DNA of 64,000 bases from Candidatus Saccharimonadota bacterium. GTDB taxonomy: Bacteria; Patescibacteriota; Saccharimonadia; Saccharimonadales; Saccharimonadaceae. The stretch's first letter is position 1. Each line of letters begins with the position of its first letter. The stretch is taken from the NCBI GenBank assembly GCA_017433855.1, contig JAFRGM010000004.1, positions 18,025-82,024 on the forward strand, given 5' to 3'. Positions 20,501-28,125 of the stretch are shown here, piece after piece. Under the pieces are notes generated by a model, which ran no database searches, was not told where the DNA came from, and saw only the letters and a program-made list of their open reading frames with translations. A program made the position numbers and the translations under genes.

Positions 20501-21254
20501 CTTTGAGCGTCATCCGGTTTTTGTCACTTAAGTTTGCTGCAGTACCAATACATAGCAATACCTCGTGCGCATCTTGATCTTCTTTTTTGAGATAGTGCGC
20601 ATCACAAGTTACCACCAGCGGCAACCCCAGCTCCTTGGCGTGAGCCATGTGCCAATCATTGACTTTTTTCTGCTCTGCCGAGTGTGTCGTAGAGAGTGGA
20701 TGCCCATGGTCTTGCATCTCCAGATAAAAGCGGTCTTTGTAAACATTGCGGTACCAATCTATTAGCTCAAACGCCCGCTTGTCATCGCCCGCACGAATCG
20801 CCTCAGAAATCTCTGACCCCATACAACCAGATAAACAAATCACCCCTTCGCTGTACTTTTCAAGATCTTCATGGTCGGTGCGCGGCTTATAATATTTCCC
20901 CTCAATCTCGGCATTACTCATGATGCGACAGAGATTTTCGTAGCCTATATTATTCATTGCAATTAAAGTGATGTGGAAACGTTGCTTGTCGTGCGCCGGG
21001 TCCTTATCAGTGCGTTTTCGTGCTGCCACATATGCCTCTAGCCCCAGCAACGGTTTAATGCCCGCCGCATTACATTCCTTGTAAAGTTCCACTAGCCCAC
21101 TCATCGTGCCGTGATCGGTCACTGCCACCGCTTCCATGCCCTCACTCTTCACGAATTCCACTAGTTCTGGTATCTTGGTTAAACCGTCCAACAACGAATA
21201 GTGAGTGTGATTATGTAAATGCACAAAATCACTTGGCTTTAGTTTTGGTTCCAT
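17517..21254 (-). CDS. dnaE: DNA polymerase III alpha subunit
   Basis: PHP HLHNHTHYSLLDG, GPGRGSAAGS, PDIDTD, FNKSH; start corrected to MEPK. Confidence 0.98.
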   Translation of the reverse strand: MEPKLKPSDFVHLHNHTHYSLLDGLTKIPELVEFVKSEGMEAVAVTDHGTMSGLVELYKECNAAGIKPLLGLEAYVAARKRTDKDPAHDKQRFHITLIAMNNIGYENLCRIMSNAEIEGKYYKPRTDHEDLEKYSEGVICLSGCMGSEISEAIRAGDDKRAFELIDWYRNVYKDRFYLEMQDHGHPLSTTHSAEQKKVNDWHMAHAKELGLPLVVTCDAHYLKKEDQDAHEVLLCIGTAANLSDKNRMTLKDYDLHVIPAQEIIDHWQDTCPEAILNTKRIAERCNVDLQLGRILIPKFPIPTDEDEKTYLDRLVFQGLAYRYAGKTFKEASEISVPECRKLLEKADEERDEAHKVLPRIDYELSVVDKMGYNGYFLIVQDFINWGKAQRIVYGPGRGSAAGSILAYALRITELDPLKYDLLFERFLNPDRISMPDIDTDIQDTRRDEVIEYCSRKYGYGRVSNIATFGKMMAKNAVRDVARVLEVPYAEADKLAKMVPDPVMGHHVKLSDAIKDVPDLKHEYETNPTAHEVIDFASRLEGTIRNHGVHACGVIIAPDDLVKFLPLEVSAKGPSAAQFPMGQVEEIGLLKMDFLGLSNLSVINNALRMIRKVYHNDLDMYSVPLDDEKTYELLQRAETTGVFQLESAGMKRYLRDLKASTFEDIIAMVALYRPGPMQFIDSFIKRKHGEEPITYLHPGLENSLKNTYGIMIYQEQFMQISKEWCGFTGGQADTLRKAVGKKKIDMMKKVKPQFIEGAVKIGGATEEIAETFWAQLLDFANYCFNKSHAACYALVAYWTAYLKAHYPDAFMAALMTADMRWTDRLAIEIAECKRMGIKVLGPDINQSYGDFGIVGGENTIRFGLSGIKSMGKALVEEYVIPERDKNGPFKSICDFAKRVDSTKFNKKSWEAAIKTGAFDSFGYSRSDLLFNLEAIQAYGAKCQKDVGSGQTDLFGMMGEAGKIPEVEIKPAPSQFPEKEQLLWERDLMGLYLSAHPLDKYDTYFDEQTHPMELITPENNGRVITIGGIITAVRTILTKKGDKMAFIKLENKSAETEFIVFPSVFAEHGAKLEVDNVVRVQGKINAADKDGNLTSEAKVLAEVVELVSDDVLESYQPTGTKLAAPAKAPEKTFRRSSTSKSSAERVYRKAPHSEGPKTIDAPRVLAAPPKDPRKEKLYILIENPEDTETLSAIRRLADINLGFTEVVLVLRDGETKRPLRMPFKVEISDALLENLRELVGTDSVKVV

Positions 21255-21273
21255 ACTAAAATTATAGCACAAA

Positions 21274-21299
21274 AATACATCCCCGTTTGGGGATGTATT
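21274..21299. terminator. Intrinsic terminator hairpin
   Basis: AATACATCCCC-GTTT-GGGGATGTATT; U-tract on - strand. Confidence 0.75.
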
Positions 21300-21304
21300 A
21301 ACTT

Positions 21305-21646
21305 TTAGGCTTCTTTCTCTTTGGTTTCTGCCTTTGCTGGTTTTTCAGCCTTCTCGGTCTTTTCCGTCTTCTCTGCTTTTTCCGTCTTGGCTGAGGCTTC
21401 CTCCTTCTCTACCTTTTTGGCTTTTCCGTCTTCGTCTTTTTTGCAAGTGCAATTCTCGTCGCAGTCACATTTGTCTTCGTCTTTTTTGCAAGTGCAACTC
21501 TCGTCGCAGTCACATTCGTCTTCGTCGCAATCTTCGTCGTCCTTGGTTGAAATAAACTTACCAGCGATTGCACCAGCGATTGCACCGAGTGCTGCTCCTA
21601 GAAAAAACTTACCAGCGCCGCTACTTTTCTTTTCTTTTTCTGCCAT
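21305..21646 (-). CDS. YtxH-like protein with Cys-rich tandem repeat
   Basis: KFFLGAALGAIAGAIAG then two 15-aa CDCDExCTCKKDED units. Confidence 0.75.
   Translation of the reverse strand: MAEKEKKSSGAGKFFLGAALGAIAGAIAGKFISTKDDEDCDEDECDCDESCTCKKDEDKCDCDENCTCKKDEDGKAKKVEKEEASAKTEKAEKTEKTEKAEKPAKAETKEKEA
21428..21516 (-). repeat. 45-bp tandem duplication in CDS
   Basis: Units at 21428 and 21473, nearly identical. Confidence 0.85.
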
Positions 21647-21647
21647 A

Positions 21648-21923
21648 CTACTCCTTTTCTTTAGATTCTTTAATTTTTTCCTTAATCTTTGGGTTGACGT
21701 ATTTGTCTACCAGCATTTCTACGGTGCCGCCGATTGATGTCATGCCCTTAACATTGGTGACGACATCGTTGGCGTTATCGGCGATATATTGGCCTTTCAC
21801 CGCAACGCGTTTAACCTCATCAGAAACTTCTAGGATTTTTAGCATTAAAATAATGCCTACCACTAAAAATATAAATAAGGTTACGCTCAAAATTGCTACT
21901 AATATCCATTCTGCTACGTTCAT
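21648..21923 (-). CDS. Small membrane protein (DUF948/YtxG-like)
   Basis: N-terminal TM plus coiled coil; AGGAG RBS; precedes YtxH-like gene. Confidence 0.6.
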   Translation of the reverse strand: MNVAEWILVAILSVTLFIFLVVGIILMLKILEVSDEVKRVAVKGQYIADNANDVVTNVKGMTSIGGTVEMLVDKYVNPKIKEKIKESKEKE

Positions 21924-21952
21924 ATTCTTCTCCTAAATCCTATTATAGCACA

Positions 21953-22825
21953 TTAATTTTCTGCGACAAATTTTCGCACTTCGTCAGCATAGTCTGTATT
22001 TCTTAAAACATATTCGAGGTGCGCCATAAAATAGTTCTTTGGATCGCCAGTGGTGATCCACTTGCCCTCACTTCTAGCAATCACTACATCGCCAGTTTCG
22101 GCCAACCGTGTAATTGCATCTACTGTCCAAAGCTCGCCATCCAGCCCAGTGTTGCTTGGCACCAAATAATCAAACACTTCTGGTGTAAGCAAGTAGCGCC
22201 CATAGCTCGTAAGGTTGCTCGGGCTAAGTTCAGGTGTCTTTGGCTTTTCCACGATGTGGCTCAGCGTACCGTTTTCTTTTAATGCAATCATGCCGTATTT
22301 ATGCCAAACAGCTTCTGGCATTTCTTGCGCAGCAATCACCGCCTTGGCATCTGGATTCTGTTCGTAAGTTTCAATCAAAGTTTTTACGTCGCTTTTGCCC
22401 AGAATCAGGTCGTCACTATATAATACCACAAAGGCATCTTCGCCTTCTACAAAAGATTTTGCGGAAACAATCGGCGAACCATTGCCATAAGGTAGCGTCG
22501 CATCCTGCTCTATAATAGTGATTTTAGGGAAGTCTAGCACTTCTTGTACCGGCTCAAAACGTGATGCCTTGCCCTGGCGTTCCAAAAGTGCACGAACATT
22601 GGCGGCCGGATTATGAAAGTAATCATCATAGATTTCGCGTGATTTAGTACCAGGTGTCGCTACGATAATGATTTCTTCAATCCCAGCCTCAATGCACTCT
22701 TCTACGCAGAGCTGCATTACTGGCTTGGCACCAATCGGAATCATAGCCTTAGGAATAGTTTTGGTAATCGGTAAATACCGGCTTGCAAACCCGGCATCCG
22801 TAATAATTGCTTTTTTAACGGTCAT
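21953..22825 (-). CDS. galU: UTP--glucose-1-phosphate uridylyltransferase
   Basis: KAII..AGFASRYLPITKTIPKAM; YGRYLL. Confidence 0.85.
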   Translation of the reverse strand: MTVKKAIITDAGFASRYLPITKTIPKAMIPIGAKPVMQLCVEECIEAGIEEIIIVATPGTKSREIYDDYFHNPAANVRALLERQGKASRFEPVQEVLDFPKITIIEQDATLPYGNGSPIVSAKSFVEGEDAFVVLYSDDLILGKSDVKTLIETYEQNPDAKAVIAAQEMPEAVWHKYGMIALKENGTLSHIVEKPKTPELSPSNLTSYGRYLLTPEVFDYLVPSNTGLDGELWTVDAITRLAETGDVVIARSEGKWITTGDPKNYFMAHLEYVLRNTDYADEVRKFVAEN

Positions 22826-22892
22826 AAGCCTCCTTAAAACCTAATTATAACACAATTTAATATGTTTAAAGTATTAAATTACCGCTACCATA

Positions 22893-22921
22893 TTGACAAA
22901 ATTAACGTTATGTGCTATAAT
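22893..22921 (+). promoter_or_regulatory. sigma70 promoter
   Basis: TTGACA-17-TATAAT with TG extension. Confidence 0.75.
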
Positions 22922-22970
22922 TAAAGCATAATCACCTTTTCGGTAGTATTTTAACAAGGAGTGCAAGAAA

Positions 22971-23615
22971 ATGAAAAACTGGCACAAATATCTAGAATTG
23001 GTAAGGCAACGCCCGCAACTTTTCACTAAAGAGGCACTCGAAGTGGTGCTCGATGAAAAAATCATTTCCCAGTACGAAAAAGACACTGGCCGCCAGATTG
23101 GTGTTATCTATGAAAGCCCCTGGCGCTATCTTGTAGTAGATTTAGTGTGTGACTCAGGCAATCTCTTTGCTTATGAGCGCGTTATCCCTGCCAGGCTAGG
23201 TGGCGTAGCCATTCTTCCTGTCTATAATGACAACGTGGTGCTCATACGTGAATATCGTCACCCCGTCAATCAATGGCGGTGGGAGATTCCGCGCGGTTTT
23301 GGCACGGTCGGTGTTTCCGCAGTGCAGAATGCGCGCAAAGAGTTGTTTGAGGAGACCGGCATCAATAATGCCACGATCACCCATATTGGTATAATTGACG
23401 TGGACTCTGGTCTCACTTCCGACCAAGTAGATTTGTTCTTAGCAAAGGTCAAAAAAATCGATTTCTCCGTTGAGAATAAAGAGGAGTGCGAGCGGATAGA
23501 GGCCGTCAAACTCTTTACGATGCCGGAGATTCAGCGCATGATTATCGACCACGAGATTGTCGACAGCTTCACTCTGTCGGCCCTTTATACCTGGAAATTG
23601 CACCCTCAGCACTAA
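22971..23615 (+). CDS. NUDIX hydrolase (ADP-ribose pyrophosphatase-like)
   Basis: REYRHP..QWRWEIPRG...ARKELFEETG Nudix box. Confidence 0.9.
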   Translation: MKNWHKYLELVRQRPQLFTKEALEVVLDEKIISQYEKDTGRQIGVIYESPWRYLVVDLVCDSGNLFAYERVIPARLGGVAILPVYNDNVVLIREYRHPVNQWRWEIPRGFGTVGVSAVQNARKELFEETGINNATITHIGIIDVDSGLTSDQVDLFLAKVKKIDFSVENKEECERIEAVKLFTMPEIQRMIIDHEIVDSFTLSALYTWKLHPQH

Positions 23616-23639
23616 CGCCGCCTTGAGCGGCGTTTTTTA
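23614..23639 (+). terminator. Intrinsic terminator
   Basis: AACGCCGC-CTTGA-GCGGCGTTTTTT. Confidence 0.8.
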
Positions 23640-23658
23640 TTGCAATTTATACATCAAA

Positions 23659-23868
23659 TTACCGCGCCACGCAACGCACTGAACGACCGCTGAAGCGATT
23701 GCTGCCGTAGTTATAGGACGGACTGAAATCGCCGCTATCGATGGTCAGGCTGTACGCGCTGACAGCACTATAGACCGTAGACGACCAATAGCGGCCGTTG
23801 TAGCCGTTATACTCGAGCGTGCCGCTGAGGACGTTGCCTGCGCGCACTAACCATAGAGGGTAGCCATT
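23659..23868 (-). repeat. Putative DGR variable repeat (VR-A)
   Basis: NNC-rich variable codons between blocks identical to those at 48681-48890. Confidence 0.7.
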
Positions 23869-25332
23869 GGCTTTACCAATAGCATTGCCATAGGCTGCGT
23901 AAAGAGATCTAAAGTCATTGTAGGCGGCAGTGGCGGAACTTCTGGTTAAGCGCCAACCTTTAGGGCAGATGGAGTTTTTGGGGTTATCGGCAATAGCGTT
24001 ATAGGTACTATCTACTCTAGTAGTAGTATCGTTGGATGCTACTGCAGCAGACCAGTTGTAGTAGTTGCCAATCTTACCATGTTCACCATTTGCTGCGTAT
24101 GGGACTGTGGAGAAGTTAGCAGTGGTATTGGTATTATCTCCAGTGGAGTTCAAGCAGGATGGGGTAGTGAAATAGTTACAGTTAGTTGAACTAAAGGTGG
24201 AACCATCTTTTTGGTAGATTTCACTACCGTTGACAGTGAGATTCCAGGAGCGAGGGGTATAGTGTTGGTTGTCGTTGGTGATATTATCACCAGTCTTTTT
24301 ACCATCCTGGTGGATGGCGTTGTTGTGGTAGGTAGCCATAGCGGGAGTCCAGGTGATGAGGCCGGTGGATTCATTGTAGGTATAACCGTAGTTCTCATTG
24401 TAGATGTCATCATCATAGACGTTGAGGTCGGTATTGAGAGAGGTTAGCGCCACATTGGTCTCTAGGTCTAGATCTAGGTTCTCGGTCATCCAACACTTGC
24501 CATCCTGAGCTTTAAGGACCCAGTAGAGTTTCTCATCCCTAGTATCTATTAACTGAGTTTCTGTATTGTAATCTACTACACCATTACAGATGGCGCTAGT
24601 CATATCTTGCATAGCGTAGTAGCCAGTGTCTATGCCAGCTTTATTGATATATGTTTTCTTTCCGGCCAGCGCGAACGCCGTATCAAAGTCTGGCGTCGCT
24701 ATTGCTGCTGCCGGATGCACTATCACATAACGTACTTTGCCAGAGTATGAATCTGCCGCTTGGGTGGGGGAGACATAGGCGCGGTAGGTAGTAGTGATTT
24801 TGGCTGCCCCGCCAGTGCCCGCACCAGTTGCAGATTCACGGTAAGCCACGCGGTCGTACGTTTTTGGTACCACATTATAGCCGCCAGCACTATAGTCGCT
24901 GTCAAGGCTGACTGGATAGTCACCCGCCAGTGCGGTTACTTTCATACCCCAGTTAGAATTCGTAGTACCCGAGCCTGTCTCAATAAACAGCCCAGTATTC
25001 GCTCCTACGAGCGCAGTACTACTAGCTGCATTCACGGTGTCGCCAGTGTATCCTGCCGCATAAATCGTAAATCCACTTGGGTCGTTGCAGTTTGCCGCAA
25101 TGGTCGTAGTGCCAATATTGGTAGTTTCTTGGCCATTTAATAACATTGCAACGTGGCTTGCGTTTAGAGTTGCCGTTAGGCTACAGGTATTTGCTACGAT
25201 CACCGTCGCTGTAGAGGATTGCCCCGCCTTGGCATGAGTTGACCTTTGATTATATGCCACGCCACCGATAGCCAATCCTATCAGAAATAATATCATCGTG
25301 CTAATTTTAATATGTTTGACCGTTTTCTCCAT
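23659..25332 (-). CDS. Secreted FISUMP/Fib_succ_major (CLec-fold) domain protein; putative DGR target A
   Basis: Signal peptide; DTRD..Y; DGKCWMTENL; GNYYNW; ICPKGWRL; YWSST; SVRCVAR. Confidence 0.85.
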   Translation of the reverse strand: MEKTVKHIKISTMILFLIGLAIGGVAYNQRSTHAKAGQSSTATVIVANTCSLTATLNASHVAMLLNGQETTNIGTTTIAANCNDPSGFTIYAAGYTGDTVNAASSTALVGANTGLFIETGSGTTNSNWGMKVTALAGDYPVSLDSDYSAGGYNVVPKTYDRVAYRESATGAGTGGAAKITTTYRAYVSPTQAADSYSGKVRYVIVHPAAAIATPDFDTAFALAGKKTYINKAGIDTGYYAMQDMTSAICNGVVDYNTETQLIDTRDEKLYWVLKAQDGKCWMTENLDLDLETNVALTSLNTDLNVYDDDIYNENYGYTYNESTGLITWTPAMATYHNNAIHQDGKKTGDNITNDNQHYTPRSWNLTVNGSEIYQKDGSTFSSTNCNYFTTPSCLNSTGDNTNTTANFSTVPYAANGEHGKIGNYYNWSAAVASNDTTTRVDSTYNAIADNPKNSICPKGWRLTRSSATAAYNDFRSLYAAYGNAIGKANGYPLWLVRAGNVLSGTLEYNGYNGRYWSSTVYSAVSAYSLTIDSGDFSPSYNYGSNRFSGRSVRCVAR

Positions 25333-25524
25333 GTAGCCTCGTGACCCATATCAAAATAATTGCATCCGGTGGTGCCACTTTTGTATTAGGGTCATGCACA
25401 AAAATGGCACCACCAGGTGCACTATCACGTGTGACACGAATTGCTTCAGAACACGGTTCCTGATGATGCCATTTTCGCTCTGAAACAAAATAACGTGTCA
25501 AATATGTAATTATAGATAGTGCAA
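25333..25524 (-). ncRNA. Candidate structured 5' leader RNA, copy A
   Basis: Homologous to 50334-50543; 40-nt identical hairpin core, covarying stems. Confidence 0.65.
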
Positions 25525-25572
25525 TTTTATTATAGCACACCTACTTTGCATTTACAAGCTACCATGCTAGGC

Positions 25573-26511
25573 TTATTTCTTATGATTTTTCTGAATCTTT
25601 TTTCGGGCGGATTTTTTCTTGGTGATCTTCGTACGTGTTTTAATTGTAAACTTATACAGATACATTGCGGCCATTACTACCATCACAATCACCATACAGG
25701 TAGAGATGATTGCTGGCACCATTGTGTCTTGGAGCTCGTTTTCTGCCTGTGCGGTAGAGATTACAACTCCCTCCTTGCCTTCAGTGATAACGTCATCTTC
25801 AGAAGAAACTCTATCCTCTGCAGCTCCCTCCTCATGAGAAGCAGTACCATCGGCCGTTGTTTCTGCATTCTCATTTTCGCTCGTCGGCTCTGTGGTAGGC
25901 TGTGTTGTGGTTGTCGCGGTACGCACGGCATTGCCCGTCTGCCCACCATTAGGTGCATCCGCAGTTTTACTTGTAGACTCATCTTTCGGCAAAGTTGCAT
26001 CATCAACGTATTCAACCGGCCCATCAAATTGATTGTTTGGGGTAATTTTAAGAGTATTTTCAACGTAATATGACGCACTCAAACTTCCCGACATTACTCC
26101 GTACTCATCAGTCCAGTAGTAAAGGCTAATCTCATATTCCCCACTCACTCCGTCGCTGTAAGGGTCAATTTTGGCACTAAAACTACCAAGCTCTATTCTG
26201 CCGCCAGGCAGAATGTTGCTAGCGGCCAACACTCGGTCGTTATTGTTGACGTATGAATCCCCGCCTGCTCGCCAGTATGGAAAAGCACATGGTGTCGTTT
26301 CACCACCACTTGCCGAACGAAATTTATTGCAAATTGCCCCTTGGTTGGCACTTACGGCTCTCCCCTCACGAATCGTTGCAGTAAAATCGTGCAGGAAAAC
26401 ATTCTTCGGTGTTTCTACCACCAAAACACAATCGGAGGTATACTTAGAATTCATCGCCCCGCATTCAATCGTAAATTTCGACACCGAATTTGCCGTCGCC
26501 GCATTTACCAT
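25573..26511 (-). CDS. Hypothetical protein with T/E-rich linker and C-terminal TM anchor
   Basis: 312-aa ORF directly after lysS; TM plus basic tail. Confidence 0.65.
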   Translation of the reverse strand: MVNAATANSVSKFTIECGAMNSKYTSDCVLVVETPKNVFLHDFTATIREGRAVSANQGAICNKFRSASGGETTPCAFPYWRAGGDSYVNNNDRVLAASNILPGGRIELGSFSAKIDPYSDGVSGEYEISLYYWTDEYGVMSGSLSASYYVENTLKITPNNQFDGPVEYVDDATLPKDESTSKTADAPNGGQTGNAVRTATTTTQPTTEPTSENENAETTADGTASHEEGAAEDRVSSEDDVITEGKEGVVISTAQAENELQDTMVPAIISTCMVIVMVVMAAMYLYKFTIKTRTKITKKKSARKKIQKNHKK

Positions 26512-26514
26512 ACT

Positions 26515-27963
26515 CTATCCCTCACGCTTCATGGTTGGGAATGGCACAGCCTCGCGCCCTGGTACGCCCTCAAGCAACCAAAAGTTGCGCTCAGAATTGC
26601 CCCAACCACAAGCCGGCGGCATCCCATATTCCAACATCTCTACAAAATCACGATCGAGCATCTGTGCCTCTTCGTCGCCGGCATCGCGCGCCGCTTGTTG
26701 CTCTTCAAACCTCGCTAGCTGATCTAATGGGTCGTTTAATTCCGAAAAACCATTGCCCATCTCGGTCCCCGCAATTACAGGATGAAAACGCTCCGTCACC
26801 AGTGGGTTTTCGCTAGATTTCTTAGCGAGTGGCGACAATGACAACGGTTCTTCTATCACCCAGTATGGCCCCGCTGAGGTCTTACGAATTAGTTTCCACA
26901 CGTGGTCAATTAGATGCGGTGTAGTCGCCTCGTAATTGGTCTCTACTCCGTTCTCCTTCAAGATTCTAATCAGTTGTTCGCGATCCGGATTGAATACGTC
27001 TACGTCATATTTCTCGCGTAACAAATCTGCATATTTGTAGCGTGGCCACTCACAATCTAGGTCAATCTCAAACCCGCCCACCTGAAACTTCAAAGTCCCC
27101 CAGGTCTCCATCGCAACATATTTCATCATTTCTTCATATAGTTTCATGCCGTCTTCGTAATTTTCGTACGCAGCATAGCTCTCAAACGCAATATGCTCTG
27201 GCAAATGCTCGTCATCCACGCCTTCATTCCTAAATCTTGGCCCAATATCATAAACCTTTTCAAAACCACCACCAAGCAAACGCTTTAAAGGTAGCTCGTG
27301 CGAAATGCGCAAATAAAAATCTTCATCCAGCGCATTCATATGGGTCACGAACGGCGTCGCATCCGCTCCGCCAGTTGTGTGCTCTAGGACTGGGATATTT
27401 ATTTCAATAAACCCATGGCTATTCATAAAATCGCGCGTTGCCTGCCAAAACTTTGAACGGCGTTTTAGCCTTTCGCGTACCTCTGGGTTTACGTTCATAT
27501 CCACATAGCGACGGCGATAGCGCTCCTCTTTGTTGGTAAATGTCTCAGGCATCGGCCGCAAGGTTTTTACAAGCAACCGAACAAAATTAGCAAACACCGA
27601 TATTTCACCGGTCTGTGATTTGTCTACTATGCCGGTAGCTTCTACGAAATCTCCTGTATCTAGTAACTTGACGTCTTTTGCACCGAGTAGCCCGCTTGGG
27701 GTGTCCTCACCGGTAGTTTTCATAAAAATCTGCACCTCACCACTCTCGTCGCGCAGTTTCAAAAATACCAACTTGCCAAACGACCGAATTGCCACAATAC
27801 GCCCTGCGACGCATACTTCCTGTCCTTGTTTCTCGTCAAAATGCGTCACTACTTCCACTATTTTAGTGTTGCGCTGGCTTTTGGAGGGATAAGGATCAAT
27901 TCCCCGCTCTTTCAGCTCTGCTAATTTTCTTAGTCGTTCATTTCTATAATCGTCAAGTATCAT
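26515..27963 (-). CDS. lysS: Lysine--tRNA ligase (class II)
   Basis: RYRRRYVD, YLRISHEL, FRNEG, YGMPP; start corrected to MILDD. Confidence 0.97.
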   Translation of the reverse strand: MILDDYRNERLRKLAELKERGIDPYPSKSQRNTKIVEVVTHFDEKQGQEVCVAGRIVAIRSFGKLVFLKLRDESGEVQIFMKTTGEDTPSGLLGAKDVKLLDTGDFVEATGIVDKSQTGEISVFANFVRLLVKTLRPMPETFTNKEERYRRRYVDMNVNPEVRERLKRRSKFWQATRDFMNSHGFIEINIPVLEHTTGGADATPFVTHMNALDEDFYLRISHELPLKRLLGGGFEKVYDIGPRFRNEGVDDEHLPEHIAFESYAAYENYEDGMKLYEEMMKYVAMETWGTLKFQVGGFEIDLDCEWPRYKYADLLREKYDVDVFNPDREQLIRILKENGVETNYEATTPHLIDHVWKLIRKTSAGPYWVIEEPLSLSPLAKKSSENPLVTERFHPVIAGTEMGNGFSELNDPLDQLARFEEQQAARDAGDEEAQMLDRDFVEMLEYGMPPACGWGNSERNFWLLEGVPGREAVPFPTMKREG

Positions 27964-28125
27964 GACATTATTATACCATAAAATCACCTACTTTAACACC
28001 CCTTTTTACCTCTATAATACTGGACAAAAAAGCAGAAGTGTGATATAATAGAACAAAGGGGGCTTTTTAATGCCCTCCGAACATTCAAAACTTGTAAAGG
28101 AAATTTATTTTAAGGGGGAAAATAA

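Noticed and set aside
25307-25540. 77-aa ORF (MCYNKIAL...) as a leader peptide
   Set aside because: Starts inside the -10 box and is not preserved in copy B; conservation fits RNA structure
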